DNA of 64,000 nucleotides, taken from contig JAUZTB010000107.1 of the NCBI GenBank assembly GCA_034780895.1, positions 92,795,102-92,859,101 on the forward strand, given 5' to 3'. The notes beneath the pieces were generated by a model. It was given only the letters and a program-made list of their open reading frames with translations, did not search any database and had not been told where the DNA came from. Positions within the stretch are counted from its first letter, which is position 1. Each line of letters begins with the position of its first letter. The DNA is from Rhynchobatus australiae. Its lineage: Eukaryota. This document shows positions 49,493-62,744 of the stretch, in pieces. A program made the translations under genes and the position numbers.

Positions 49493-49618
49493 ATAGAACC
49501 ATAGAACAATACAGCACAATACAGGCCCTTCGGCCCACCGCGTTGTGCCGCCCATCAAACCACACCTCACACTATCTAACCCTTTCCTCCCGCATATCCC
49601 TCTATCCCACACTCCTCC
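49493..49618 (-). mobile_element. Young CR1/SINE tail running into a 417-N gap
   Basis: ATAGAACCATAGAACAATACAGCACAATACAGGCCCTTCGGCCCACCGCGTTGTGCCG; CpGs retained, suggesting a young copy. Confidence 0.8.
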
Positions 49619-50124
49619 NNNNNNNNNNNNNNNNNNNNNNNNNNNNNNNNNNNNNNNNNNNNNNNNNNNNNNNNNNNNNNNNNNNNNNNNNNNNNNNNNN
49701 NNNNNNNNNNNNNNNNNNNNNNNNNNNNNNNNNNNNNNNNNNNNNNNNNNNNNNNNNNNNNNNNNNNNNNNNNNNNNNNNNNNNNNNNNNNNNNNNNNNN
49801 NNNNNNNNNNNNNNNNNNNNNNNNNNNNNNNNNNNNNNNNNNNNNNNNNNNNNNNNNNNNNNNNNNNNNNNNNNNNNNNNNNNNNNNNNNNNNNNNNNNN
49901 NNNNNNNNNNNNNNNNNNNNNNNNNNNNNNNNNNNNNNNNNNNNNNNNNNNNNNNNNNNNNNNNNNNNNNNNNNNNNNNNNNNNNNNNNNNNNNNNNNNN
50001 NNNNNNNNNNNNNNNNNNNNNNNNNNNNNNNNNNNCCCAATAGTGATGAACTCACTGCCTTATATGACAAATAAAAGTCTTCTAAAAAAGAATAATGGAG
50101 AGAGGGGAGTAAGAACTTTATAAA

Positions 50125-51670
50125 TTGAGTCATCGAGCATATAGAACAGAAGTGGGTCCTTCAGCCCAATTTGACCATGCCAACCATCTGCACCGATCTC
50201 ACTTACCCCGTATTAGGTCATATCCCTCTTCTCCTTTCCTATCCAAATGTTATAATTGTTTCAGTCTCTTCCACCTCCTCTGGCAGCTTGTTCCATATAA
50301 CCACCACCCTCTGTGTGGAAACTCTCAGATCTCCTTTAAACTTTTCCTCTCTCACAAACCTGTGCCCTCTAGTTTTAAACTTCCCTGCCATGGGAAAAAT
50401 ACTCTATCTATGCTCCTAATAGTCTTAAAACCACAATATTTTACCCATCAGCTTCCTACATTCCAGTGAGAATAAACCCAGCACATCCAATCTCTCCTTA
50501 TAACTGTAGCTCTCCATTTCAGGCAGAATCTTCTGCACTCTTTCTAATGCCACCATGTCCTTCTCATGGTGTCCAAATACAGCTTAATCGATACTTTTAT
50601 GCAGCTGCAACATGATATCCCAACTCTTAAACTCAATGCCTCAGCCTATGGAGGCAAGCATACCAAATACCTTCATCAATACCCTATCGCCATTTTCAGA
50701 GAACTACGAACTTGCACTCCACAGTCTTTCTGTGCATCAACACTCTTAAGATCCCTGCTATTTACTGGATGCTTCACATCCCAAAATACATTACCTCACA
50801 CTTGTCAGGATTAAGCTCTGTCTGCCACCATCCCGCCCAACTTTCCAGCTGATCTATGACCCTCTGTATCCTTAGACAACCTTCTTCACTATGTACAACT
50901 CCATCCATTTTCATTTCATCAGCGAACTTACTAATCAGACCACCTGCATTCTCATTTGTCATTTACTGTATATATTTATGACAAAAAAAAAGAAGCTCTC
51001 ACACTGATCCCTGCTATATACCACTCGTAAAAGACTTCTAGTCAGAAAAACAACTCTCCACCACAATCCTCTGCCTCTTATTACCCAGCCAATTTGGATC
51101 CAGTTTTCCAACACACCTCAGATGCCATGTGCTGCAACCTCCTGGACCAACTTACTGTGCAGGGCCTTGTCAAAACCCTTGTCAAGTATACCATGTCTAC
51201 TGATCTGCCTTCATCAGTTTTCTTAGTTACCTCCTCAAAATAAACTCAAACAGATTTGTGAAACAGGATTTCCCCGTACAAAACTCTGTTGGGTTCCCCT
51301 AATCAGTCCCTGCCTTTCCATGTGACTATAAATCCTATTCCTTAGGTTTTTTCCAATAATTTCACTACCACTAATGTAAAGTTCACCAGCCTATAGTTTC
51401 CTGACTTAAACCCTACTGCCCTTTTTGAACAAGAGAACAAAATTTTCCAGTCTTCTGGTGCATCGGCTGAGGCTACCAAAGATGCAGAAGCCTCTATCAG
51501 AGCTTCAGCAATCTTCTCCCTTGCTTCCCACAGCATCCTGGAATAGATCCCATCAAGCCCTGGGGATTTATCCACATTATCGCGTGCCAATATCTTTAAC
51601 ACTTCCACCTTCCTGATACAGACATGTTCAGAATATCAGTGTACCCCTCCCCTCACTCTCCATCCTCCAC
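50125..51670 (-). mobile_element. CR1-type LINE, about 1.5 kb of RT domain plus 3' UTR, multiply frameshifted
   Basis: Minus ORFs: VDKSPGLDGIYSRMLWEAREKIAEAL...PEDWK...GNYRLVNFT.VV.KLLE (51342-51608) and GGLISKFADEMK...WQTELNPDKCEVMYFG (50774-50962); tail at 50125-50175. Confidence 0.93.
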
Positions 51671-54600
51671 ATTCATTGAAATTGGAAATATTAAAGAATA
51701 CTTTTGGACTGTATTAGATCAAGAAAGTCTGAGTGTTGATGCAATAGTAAATCAAATTGTTCTCCCATTATATAATTTGTATAGGAATCAGAACAGGTTG
51801 GTTTAATGTTGCTGTTTTGCTGTCATATGCAGAATGAAACTTTTCAGACTAACCTAATTCACTCGCAGTAAAAATTCTGCAGGCAAAGAAACATGAATGA
51901 AATTCTATCGTTTTTACTATTCATTATTGTTTGATAAACCCAGCAAATTTCTCCCATCTGCAGAACGTTGAAAGAAAAATCAGGTAACAAGGATGTTGAT
52001 GTATTTCCACTTTTAGGCATGGGAACCCCAGCTGACCAATTTGCATTCCATTTGCCCTGTGATTTCTCCATACTGACCAAATGTAGCCAAATTGGAAAGC
52101 TTTCGTCTTCCAGCTCTAACATCCCTTACCTTACAGAGTATCCAAATAATCAAAAGAAATTTTTTTAAAAATGCTTAGCATATTGAAGCTTAAATTCTCC
52201 CCCAAACTGATGGAAAAAATTGGATTTTAATTTAAAAGTTTTTTTTCAATTTACCAAGCAAAACCATTTGCAACTTTTCACCAGGGAAGTTAATCAACTT
52301 GCCTTTGTTATACAACTGGTGGATACCAATGCAAAATGCAGCAGATATTCTCCCATGTTATTCTTAAAAAGAGATACTGGAAATAAATCTTCACATTCTC
52401 ACAACAGAGCAGCCATTTCACATTCATTTAGTGATACTATTAATATTACAAAAACACTTAAAAAGCTATTCCATAGCCTTCTGATCTGGCACAATTGAGG
52501 TTTATACACTGAGGAAAACTAGAGTCTGCACCTGGGCACAGAGCAAGAAAGCTTCACTGTCAAGGCTGTCATTTTGACAAATTTGTGTTGATCAAGTTGT
52601 TAGTATCAAACCCGCTAGAGAAAATGTAACTTCAACCTTAGCCTGTGCTGCCCTACCAGGCTTGGCAGCTTTTTGTTTATCTTAAGGTTGACTAAGCAGA
52701 ACTCAAACATACTTATTCTAGTGGCTTCTTCTCAATGCATGCAAACAATCATTTTATTTCGAAAGCTCCACAAGAGCTTGCTCCCTAGTTTCTTTAATTT
52801 CAGGACATTATGCCTCACTGCACAGAACGTTGCTAATTTGCAATCCCTTCTGAGGCGCTTATTCAATTAAATTTTGATAAAGATGAATTGCTTGCAATCT
52901 TTATGCTGTCTTTTCATATGGGATAGGAGGCCACTATAAATTGGAGGAACATTACATTTTCTCCAGATAGTTTATGGAGTGTTACTGTGTCCTCGTGGGG
53001 TGCAGCTGGTCTGAAAGATTGTCAAAGAACTAGAGTTGCCACTTCCAAAATGCTGTTAGACTATTTTTTGGATACTCATTTTCATTTCAACCAATGCAAT
53101 ATGTGCACAATTAAAATCTATCGGGTTGTTTCTGAATACTCTCCATAATGATTGATGATAAAGTAATAGCCTTTTATGTTTCTAGGTATATTACATAATT
53201 TTCCTACAAACTATATTAATATTCAGCAGATAGTATTGTTTGATTAATCCATATCATTACTATTTTAACGGAAGCATTTCTAATTAAAATAAGTAGAATA
53301 ATTTCCATTTTAATGTAACATAAGAATGTTACACCAGCACTTTGAGCATTCATCTGCTAATAATGACAATCATGCTAAATTAACAACTCCAAAGGCACAG
53401 AAAGGTAGAAGAAATTCACAAAGATATAGATCTTTTTGGGTAGCTGAGCCAACAGGTGGCTGACACAGTTCAAAGTGGAGAAGTAAAAAAAATCATGCAG
53501 CACCAAGGACTCAAGGGAAAGTCTGAATCAATCCTGTATGAATACATTGATAGAGTCATTAGGAAAATATTTATCTGTCAGAAAATAAAAGGATAAATTG
53601 GAGTGTTGTAAAATCAGTAAGAAAACAAACCAGCCAAAAGCATTGCATTGTTGCTACATGCCTACACTCTATAATTAGTGTATTTGTGGATAGTTTGAAT
53701 CAGCTAATTACAAGGATACTGCAGCCCGAGCTGGTAAAAGGGAAGGACATGCCTGATTTTAAATGCTAGGAAGTTAATGATGACAACCTACTTTGTTATG
53801 GTGATATATGTATCATTGGACCAGTATCTAAAGGTTAGCACTAGGAATTTCCTTGAGGATTTTTCCAGTCAATTGTAAATTCCATGCAATCCCTATTTTC
53901 TAAAGAGCACTTGTGTTTCTGCTGGTATTGAAATGCCTGGATGACTCACTATGAAAATGAGTTCAATTAATCGGATAATTTCGGGCCATGGAAGCTTATA
54001 AATTGATGTAAACCTCCGCTGGTTTGAGAAAGGATGTGCCATCCCTACCAAGTCCAAGCCACATTTACTTCCACTGTATTTCATGTGGTTCACTTAAATT
54101 TCCCTTTCAGGGGTACAAATAGATTTTCAATTGTAAACTGACCCCCTAAATGTTCAAGATGATCCACCAACAGCATCTCAACTGGGGTTGAGAAGGAAAT
54201 ATGGCTGTAGCAGTATCAACAGCATTTTGAGAATATTTTTAAATGTTTGATTTTTGTTTTAAGAGAGACTTTGTGGTTATCTGACAGTTGATATCAAGAT
54301 TACAAAGGTAATTATCAAAGTTGTCCTTTTGTAAAGAACTTTGATTCCGGACTGGGTGAAAAAAAAACAATCAAGATAATAGGATTGAGAAAGAAGATCG
54401 AGAGGAGGGTAATGCAAACTTGTGGAGTGGTTGGTCTGATGATGGCTGATGGATCTTTCACTTCACTGGGTGCGGGTTATGGTTTCTAATGCCAAAGTAA
54501 GAATGAGTGTCAGTAAAAATACCAAAGGACAGTTGTTGACATATCTGAATTCTCATTGTTAAATGGACAAGCAGCTGTTGGTGTAATGAATATCTGAGTT

Positions 54601-54774
54601 ACAGTGGAAATGTTCCATATGGCACAGTGAGCCAGAATGACTCAAAAGCAGACACCAGTAGATTTTGTGGGGTCATCCAAATTAGTATTTTATTGTCATG
54701 CTCATAATTGGAATGACAATAGCGCTGACAAAAAAAGTAATATTCACTTAAGCTCGAGGCCCATATCACAGTGC

Positions 54775-55020
54775 AAGACTCAAGAAGTTTAACATCGGCT
54801 TTGGGCTTGAAGGGACCACCAGATCACGTGTCACACACCACCCTTACTTGGAAGTATATTGCCTTGCAGGTGAACCGAAGTGCTGAAACTCTTACCGTAC
54901 TAGTAGGGGTGGTAACTTCACCACAGGGGCTACCATAACCACCCTATCAAAGGCAGTTGGAGATGAACATAAATGCTGCCCTTCCCAGAATTATTCTCCT
55001 CCCATAAGTTAATAAAACAT
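54775..55020 (+). mobile_element. CR1-like LINE 3' fragment (second family)
   Basis: CACACCACCCTTACTTGGAAGTATATTGCC...CACCACAGGGGCT...TAAATGCTGCCCTTCCCAG; reverse complement of the 30035/38315 family. Confidence 0.6.
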
Positions 55021-55269
55021 GGACACTAATCATTAAATGTAATTGGTGAAATGCATGCTGCATCAAAAACCTGAAGATAAACCTTCATGTATGCTCTCCA
55101 CCTCTTGCTACTTCTGCCTGGCTCCTGAACCATTTGATTAAATACAGCTGATATCTCATATGAAAATACAAATGCCCAATTGCAATTCTATTACAAAAAT
55201 AACCATCAGCTCCCTGCTAATACCTCATTCTCCCTTTGCCACTAACCATGGATTGCAAGTGCTTATTGG

Positions 55270-55630
55270 GTATGGTGGTGACATGGTGGTCAAATTACTG
55301 AATTAATAATCCAGAGGCTTCAACTAACAATCCAGAGATGTGAATACAAGTTCCACATGTCAGATATGGAATGTAAATCCAGTTAATAGTCAGAAACTTC
55401 AAAAAAAAAACTAGTTTTAGGAATAATGACGACAATACGACCAGATTATTATAAAACCATTTGGTTCGGTCATGTCCTTCAGATGAAGAATTCTACGGTC
55501 CTTACCCATTTTGGCCTACATGTGACTCCAAAATCACCATGTGGTAGACTGTGAAATGTCCTCTGAAACAGCCTAAGAAGGCACTTAGTTCAAGGGCAAT
55601 GCCAACATTCCAAAAGATAAAATAATAAAA
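55270..55630 (+). mobile_element. tRNA-derived SINE sharing its tail with the second CR1-like family
   Basis: Head ...TAATCCAGAGGC..., core GGTCCTTACCCATTTTGGCCTACATGTGACTCC...ATGTGGTAGACT...CCTCTGAAA...GTTCAAGGGCAAT; recalled elasmobranch SINE, family name uncertain. Confidence 0.7.
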
Positions 55631-56234
55631 CTCTTCCTAAGTCTCTAACAACCTTCCCTCCTCCTGTCACCCTGCTCAATTCTCCATTGTACTAATAGCA
55701 TTCTCTTTCCACACAATGTAGGTTTACTCTATGGACATTGCACCACTGTAACGTGGCAGTTCTCCTCAGCCATGGTCCAATTATCCCCATCCTCTATCCA
55801 CACTTGGCCGGTGGAGTGCATTCACTCTTGATTGACTAACTCAATAAATAAATACATAGCCCTGTGTTTCTCTTTAAAGAGTGGTTGACCTATGGGTTGG
55901 AAGGGAATGCCAATAAACAAAACTCAAAAAAGAACTAGATACATGAAACCAGAAGCCATCCACTGTCAATGATCTAGACAGATACAATTAGAATTTAGAA
56001 GACAGATAAAGACAGATTAAGAAGTCTTTTTATTTTCCCAAATCCCACCTCCAGGCCAGTGTGATGGAGAATGAATCAGCATTGGCAAAATCTAACCTTC
56101 TTGAATCATCCTAATACTACTCTTGGCACATCTGAAAAAATACCATGATGCTCATTAACAGTCAGAGAAGGGTCAAAAGGCACTTCTGAACATAAATATT
56201 TCTTTCTGTTTTTCTTCATGCCTGCAATGTGTGT

Positions 56235-56440
56235 GTTGTTAAAAATGCCAGCATTTATTGACCATCCACGATTCCAAGTAGGAACAACACCCACATTGCA
56301 GGAGTGAACAAAATGGCACTGTAGTCTATCTAATGAAGGATGTTCCCACCAAACTGTTGGGCATGGAGTTCCAGGATTTTGACCCAGTAATTATGAAAAT
56401 GAGAGCAATGTAGCTCCACATCAGGATGGAGTATGACTTT
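56235..56440 (-). mobile_element. CR1-like LINE 3' fragment (second family)
   Basis: GCCAGCATTTATTGACCATCC, GGAGTTCCAGGATTTTGACCCAG, TCAGGATGGAGTATGACTT. Confidence 0.65.
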
Positions 56441-56499
56441 GAAAGAAAGAAAAGAAAATTGGACACATATCACTTCACGATGTGCTCAAGCCAACAAAA

Positions 56500-57035
56500 C
56501 ATTCTCTACACATCCATGTGCCTGTCTAAGAACCTCTTAAATGCCTCTGTTGTATTTGCCTCCCCCACCACCCCTGGCAGCGCATACGAGGCACCCACCA
56601 CTCTCTGTGTCAAAAAAATTGCCCTGCATATCTCCTTTGAACTTACCCGCTCTCACGTTAAATGCATCCCTCTAGTATTAGACTTTTGACCCCAGGAAAA
56701 AGATACTGGCTGCTTACTTCTATTAGGTCTCTCCTCAGCCTCCACCACTTCAGAGAAAACATCCCAAGTTTGCCCATCTTCTCCTCATAGCACATGCCCT
56801 CTAATCCAGCCAGCATCTTGGTAAACCTCCTCTGCACCCTCTCCAAAGCCTCCACATCCTTCCTATAATAGGGCAACCAGAATTGAATGCAATACTCCAG
56901 ATGCAGCCTAATCAGAGTTTTATAAATCTGCAATATAACTTGTGACTCTTGAACTCAGTGCCTCAACTAATAAAGGCAAGTATGCCATCTTCCTTCTTTA
57001 CTACCCTATCAACTTGTGCAGCCAATTTCAGGGGG
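56500..57035 (-). mobile_element. CR1-type LINE ORF2 C-terminal fragment
   Basis: ORF 56658-56933 QIYKTLIRLHLEYCIQFWLPYYRKDVEALERVQRRFTKMLAGL...LRRDLIEV. Confidence 0.93.
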
Positions 57036-57119
57036 AAAGACCCTTTGAAGACCTGTGGAGTATTTCCACCATTTTCCATTTTGATTTCAGAGTTCCAGCA
57101 TCAACAGTATTTCAGTTTG

Positions 57120-57345
57120 TAATTTAGTAAATTTTGAAGGCTCGTCACTGTTCTCCTGCAGCCAATTTGCACACAGCAAGCATTCACAAACAAATATGAT
57201 GTTGACTAGACAGTCTGTTTTAATGGTGTTAATTGAGCGATAAACATTGACTTGGATGCTAAGGATAAATCCCTTGATTTTCTTCAAAATAACTTCTTGA
57301 GATTTCTCACATTTCACCAGTGGGGAGAGTGAAATACCACAGGCC
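57120..57345 (-). mobile_element. Deu-domain SINE fragment, preceded by a Penelope-type arm remnant at about 57050-57120
   Basis: GCAGCCAATTTGCACACAGCAAG..TCACAAACA, GATAAACATTGAC, CTTCAAAATA: reverse complement of the Deu-SINE body. Confidence 0.7.
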
Positions 57346-59354
57346 TCATCAATTCAGTCTCTCCTCTTGCACTTTCCCTCTTCCCAGTGAAGATTTGTTG
57401 CAGAAATTATGAGCAGATTATATCCTTCCTTCGATAAGGAGATCAAACTGTACAGAGTATTCCAGGTGTGATCTCCACAATTTAGCTGCAGCAAGATTTC
57501 CTTAATACATTATCCCCTAATTTTCTTTGCTCCATCAGAAACCACACAAGACTGATGTGCTTGTGTAACATTTGCTATTGGTTTAAATAGTATTGATTCA
57601 ATGCTCTGATATTCAGAACACAATGACATAGACCCATGCTCCCTTGGAAGATGTTAAAGATTAACAGTAAGGTGAGTAACACTGAGACTTCATGCGATGA
57701 GAAGAATCTGAGTCATACAAAAGCCAAAGCACTGAACCCTGGTAGGTTCAATGCTCACCTAAGTAATCTAGCTGTGGGAAATGTTTTGCAAGAGTCTCAC
57801 ACACAGCGTTAAGTAGGTATGAATGAGAAACATGGTTCTCTACTGCCCCTAGATATCACAGGAGGACTGAGCAGCAGTATACTTCGCAGCATGGAGGAAA
57901 TCAAGCAATTAAAGGACAGGAAAAGCAGGCATCAACTTCATGGGGAGTCATGACCCTCCATCCCAAGAAAGAAAGAATTACATTGATATTTTAACTGAGC
58001 TGAATTATGATTCTTTCCGTTAATGCACACGAGAAATGTCTGTCACGCCAACTATACAGCAGACTTTCAGAGCTGCCAGACAAGATGCAACCTGTAAGTT
58101 ATCTAACTGCTCCCTTTCTAACACTCTTGATTTTGTTTAATACTGTGGTACTCCTTCAAGAAGATCAACTCTTTCAAGACGAAAGGACATGAATTGAGCT
58201 TTTATTCTCTAAACGTGAGGGATAAAGTTCAGGTTACATGTAGGATGACTAAATGAATGCCCAATTCACAGAATATTTATATACTGGTATTCAAGCATTA
58301 CGTATATAAATATAAAACACTTCAATCTGTTTGTTTTAGAATTTTTAAAAGAAATTATGGTTGGTTAACAATATAGTAATTGTATTTGGGTGCTATGTAA
58401 AGCCAATAAAATGGCCTAGTGACCTAGACGTTGAAAGGTTCAAATAACACTACCAGTGTGTTGGGGGGGTTTGGATGGGTGGTAGGGGGAACAGGGAAGA
58501 AAAGGAAGGAGAGCCAGAGACACTAAAAATGCAACCCCTGGTTTAAATTGAATTTACTCTGTCAAAATGCACCCCAAAGCTAAATGGCATCAATCATTAT
58601 CCATCAGGACGTTTTGAGGGGAATAAGTATTGAATGATCTTTCTCAGGACCAGTAAATGGAAACTCTCAACAATGCACAGATCTTTAGTCTTTGGGGTAG
58701 TGTTTGAATTAGTTCTGGAACACTGCACACTGATGACCATTGAGGGATAATTCAATGAGGTCCTTTACCGTGTTCCTTTTTTCAGTGAGTTATCACTTGT
58801 CTGAGCAGTGCAAAGAGCCTCCACACCCAATGCATAAATTAGGTTTGCTCCACTACATTTCATACAGTTTGACAATTTACACCCTAAATCTTCTGTAAAA
58901 GTCATTAAGTGTTTAAAGTTTGGTTTAAATTATTGCTCTTCTACTTGATTGTAGTTCAAATCAAAAGAAAGAGCAACAACAATGAGAAGGCAGTGGTGCC
59001 ACTCATGAGCAAACAGCGCGGAATGATTGGGTCGAGATTCTAGATTGCGCTGCTCACCTTCTCCATCTGTATTACGCCTAACAGAGCTTCAGAAAGAAAG
59101 AAGCTGTCCCTCAATAATACACCTGCTAGTACAAATCCATCTGATAGCATTTACTTCAAATGGAATTAGTCCTTCCCATGGAAACGACATGCAACTGGTT
59201 ACGGTATCAAGAAAGAATTGATGTTCAGCAGAATTAGTTACCTCTGATAATAGAAAGTTGACCCTGGAGTATTAGATTAGTCATCTGGCCTGCCACTTTG
59301 CAACAGATGAACAAGAAAACCACATTCCAAAGACTTATGGGTAGGTTAATTTGG

Positions 59355-59450
59355 GATTTTAAAAAATGGGCCGTGTGGACTCGTTGGGCCGGAAGGGCCT
59401 GTTACCACGCTGTAAATAAAATTTTTAAAAATTTAAATTTAATTTAAAAT
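59355..59450 (+). mobile_element. Young CR1-type tail with AT-rich end
   Basis: ATGGGCCGTGTGGACTCGTTGGGCCGGAAGGGCCTGTTACCACGCTGTAAATAAA. Confidence 0.7.
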
Positions 59451-61894
59451 GCACTGGAGTTCACCTACAAAAACTGCTGCCCTCTAGCTTCCAGGCCATG
59501 GGCACACTCTCACTATCCCAGGCTACTGCCTTTAGCTTTCATCTTTTAAGGTCTCTGTCCAATTTATCACAAAAGAAGACCCTGCACTCGTGTTTGATTA
59601 CATTCAGCTATAACAGTTGTATCATTTTGCAAAAAGGTAACACAATAAAGAATAATCATCTCCATGTTACACAAGCCAATGCATCTGAATCTACGAGAGT
59701 CAGTAGGCTGGACACAAACTGTTGGCAATGAACTTCATATCATTGAGATACTTATGCTTTTTAAACAGTAACCCAATGTTACTCAAAATATTATATTTGT
59801 TCACCTAATATCTCCATGCATTGCCAACTGGATAATTTTTATTTTGAAAACATTTAAGAGTTGAAGTAACTCCAGACCATGAATCATCAACTCTGGAGTT
59901 AACCACAAGCATTAACGAGAGACCTTACTGACCCTGTGGTTTCTGGAGGGCAAGAAAGAAAACCATTCCCCTTTTAAGCCCATTCACTTTTGCTGGGAGC
60001 AGATCGCATTTCAAATATTGGTGACTCTAGCCTCAAACTTAGATGGAGAATGTTCAGATGTACAGAAATTTCCATAGCTCTCCTTGGTACAAAGAGTGTC
60101 ATTTCCATATGATACCCATCCAGTGTAGATACCCTGCCTATTTTATCGACTAATAATCTGCACCATAAGGAAAACAGCCAGGCACAAACTCACCAGGTAT
60201 CAACCTCCTTACTGTGCAGCCCTCTTCGGCAAATATAAGACTCTCCTTTGCCCCTTTCAGTCAATCAAGTTTTTGAATGAATAAGTTTTCCAACAGAGGA
60301 GGTGAAAATCAAAACCCTAAATTATCTTGAGGAATATTTGTTTACTAGTTGTAGTTTCTTTTACAAGATTGCATAAGTTTTTCCCTATAACTTTATAGAT
60401 TTCCATTCCACAGAACATATTATTTGTTGATTTTGGATATAAAAATTATTCTCCTTGATAGGTTTCTTTGTGAAATACTCTTCCCTCTGATAATATTACT
60501 TTGAAAGCATTCTAATGCAGCTCCGAGAAGGAGGATTTTTCTCTCCCAAACTTCCTGCAGGGACACCTCCTTTGTTCAATTGTTCTCTTCGACACTTTTT
60601 CCTGGATCATAAACTTACCATCACAGACAATTGTGCACCCAGATCTGAATGCCTCATCATTGTGAACCACTCCTGGACCTGCGCAGAAATGACTTTCCAT
60701 TTTCAGCCTCATTTACCAAATTTGCACCACTACCTCTGTGCTGTCCCCACCTTTGTTAATCCTGCAAAAGACCTCTTGTTTGAAGGGCCACGCTGTGTCC
60801 CTAGAGTTTTGCTGATTTTAGGGGGATGATTTTAGCAATGCTTTTGTCTCATGGGACTTTAAAATCACTTTTCAGTGTGATAGTTGAATAACTTTCCTCT
60901 CTAATGGACCTGCACTTCACAATTCCTTTTTACAATGGAGCAGCTACATCTCCATAAATAGATTCTCCTTCATGATCTTTAGTTATCCTAGCCTACCCCA
61001 AGACTTCCGGGAGCCTTCACATTTTGATAAATGCAACATTTGTATTCAGAACTTGAAGGGGCACTTGGCTGCCTTACTGTATGGGACTCCCAGATGTATA
61101 AATGTTCATAAAAGACACTCATAATCTTACAAGGAAGCTGCCTCCTGTATGCACTGTTCTTTGGAGGTATTTGCTCCCAGGGTGGCAGAGGACTCTCCCA
61201 CTCCTCCTCTCATCAGCATGGCACCCACTCATGCAGTGCCATAACTCCCCACTACCTGAAAAGGATTCTATTCCATTGTGTTGTGACCCTTTGCTTTCCC
61301 AAGTGAATGGTAAGAGTAAAGTTGTCAGTAATGCAGGAAGTTTTCCCCTTACTTCCCTCTCTTCCTGAAACAGCAATTGTTCAGCGACAGAATCCACTCA
61401 TCCTGCTTTGGAATTGGCACTAAGGATTTTTAAGATTTTTTAAAATAGGATTAGGAAGATTGTAAATGAAGTTTTAATGCCAGAGAAACAGTAGCATTAA
61501 TTGAACATTGAAAATGTCACATAGCAATAATGCAGGCAACACACTTTCTACAGGTCTCCAATATGCACAGAGGAAACACCAAGATAAATGCAGGAAAGAT
61601 AGTGGGATCAAGCAATGGAATCTATAATCATTAAGTCTTCACGAGCAAATCTAGCTTCCATAGTTTACAGTGGCATCTGTACTCAAATATTTAACTGTTT
61701 TATTGTTTCTAGGTTACCTTTCATGGAACATTCTCTTTCATGCTGAACTATAGGAATAGAAATTATACTTGCATCCTATAAATTTTCAAGAAAAATATTA
61801 GAGAAGTATTTATATAAAACCTTATTATGTCTCGGTAATATCCTGAATTACTTCATCAGTTAGTTAGAAGGTGCTGCATCAGGAACGAACACAT

Positions 61895-62200
61895 CAGTAA
61901 ATATGCACAAAGCACAACCTCAGCTCTTGCAGCTGGATGTTGAATTAATCAGTTTGGGTGATACTTGTCAGGAAGGATTATTGGGCAGAATATTGGGAGA
62001 ATTTTCTGAACTTCATTCAATGCTGTCACTGGGTCTTCAATGCTGACCTGAAGCACAAGAAGCATCTTACCAACTCATCTAAAGACAAAACCTCAGAGTT
62101 CAGCCCTTTCGATGTGCACTGGAGCATCAGTTGAGGTTCACGTGGCTTTGAACCCACAACATTCTGCCTCATGAGGAAAGAGTGCAACCAAATAGTTGAA
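61895..62200 (-). mobile_element. Deu-domain SINE, decayed
   Basis: TGCACAAAGCA, TTGGGCAGAATATTGGGAGAA, AACTCATCTAAAGAC, GCACTGGAGCATCAG, TTGAACCCACAAC (B-box). Confidence 0.65.
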
Positions 62201-62309
62201 GCTCTGGAAAGCAGAACTGGGTAAAGTTACATCTGGATACAAATGTTCTCCTAGCATAATGCTGGGTTAGTTGTTTGGTCTGGGATTTGTGCCACCTTCT
62301 ACTGAAGCT

Positions 62310-62744
62310 GAACTCTACTCCATTGGATTGTTTAGTTAAAGAACAGTGTGCCTCTGAGGATACAAGATAGGATAGGTCCACATGTAGATCAGACTGCAAA
62401 GTAGAACCTCGACTTCATCCGTGAAACTGTCATTGTCCCTGGTAAATTCTAATCTACAATAGGTTGGAAAATGATAGCCAGGATTTTCTGCTTCTAAGTT
62501 CATCAACACATGATTTCACCATCAATGAAATCAATTGGAAGGGCAAATTTTGAGTGAAAAATCCCAGCGAGCAATTTTAGTTTCTATGCCAATTGTACTA
62601 TCAGAATTTATGGTTCTTCAATGACAGTTTCACGGATGAAGTCGAGGTTCTACTTTGCAGTGTGATCTACATGTGGACCTATCCTATCTTGTATCCTTGG
62701 AGGCACACTGTTCTTTAGCTAAACAGTCCAATGTAGTAGAGTTC
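62310..62744. repeat. Long inverted repeat / foldback: 126-bp arms, 6 mismatches, 183-bp partly self-complementary spacer
   Basis: 62310-62435 aligns without gaps to the reverse complement of 62619-62744 at 120/126 (hand alignment). Confidence 0.96.

Larger units (their letters stand above)
12058..50035. other. Twelve assembly gaps (N runs)
   Basis: 12058-12067, 12754-12763, 13327-13529, 14250-14349, 15421-15520, 24418-24466, 27232-27508, 32987-32996, 37983-38082, 42154-42163, 44674-44773, 49619-50035. Confidence 0.97.

Noticed and set aside
13257-50133. Long ORFs containing X runs (e.g. 27214-27711, 49545-50123)
   Set aside because: Open only because they cross N gaps.
60490-61400. Host-gene ORFs (60515-60829, 61102-61397)
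   Set aside because: No recognisable host protein; looks like very decayed minus-strand LINE sequence, too degraded to classify.
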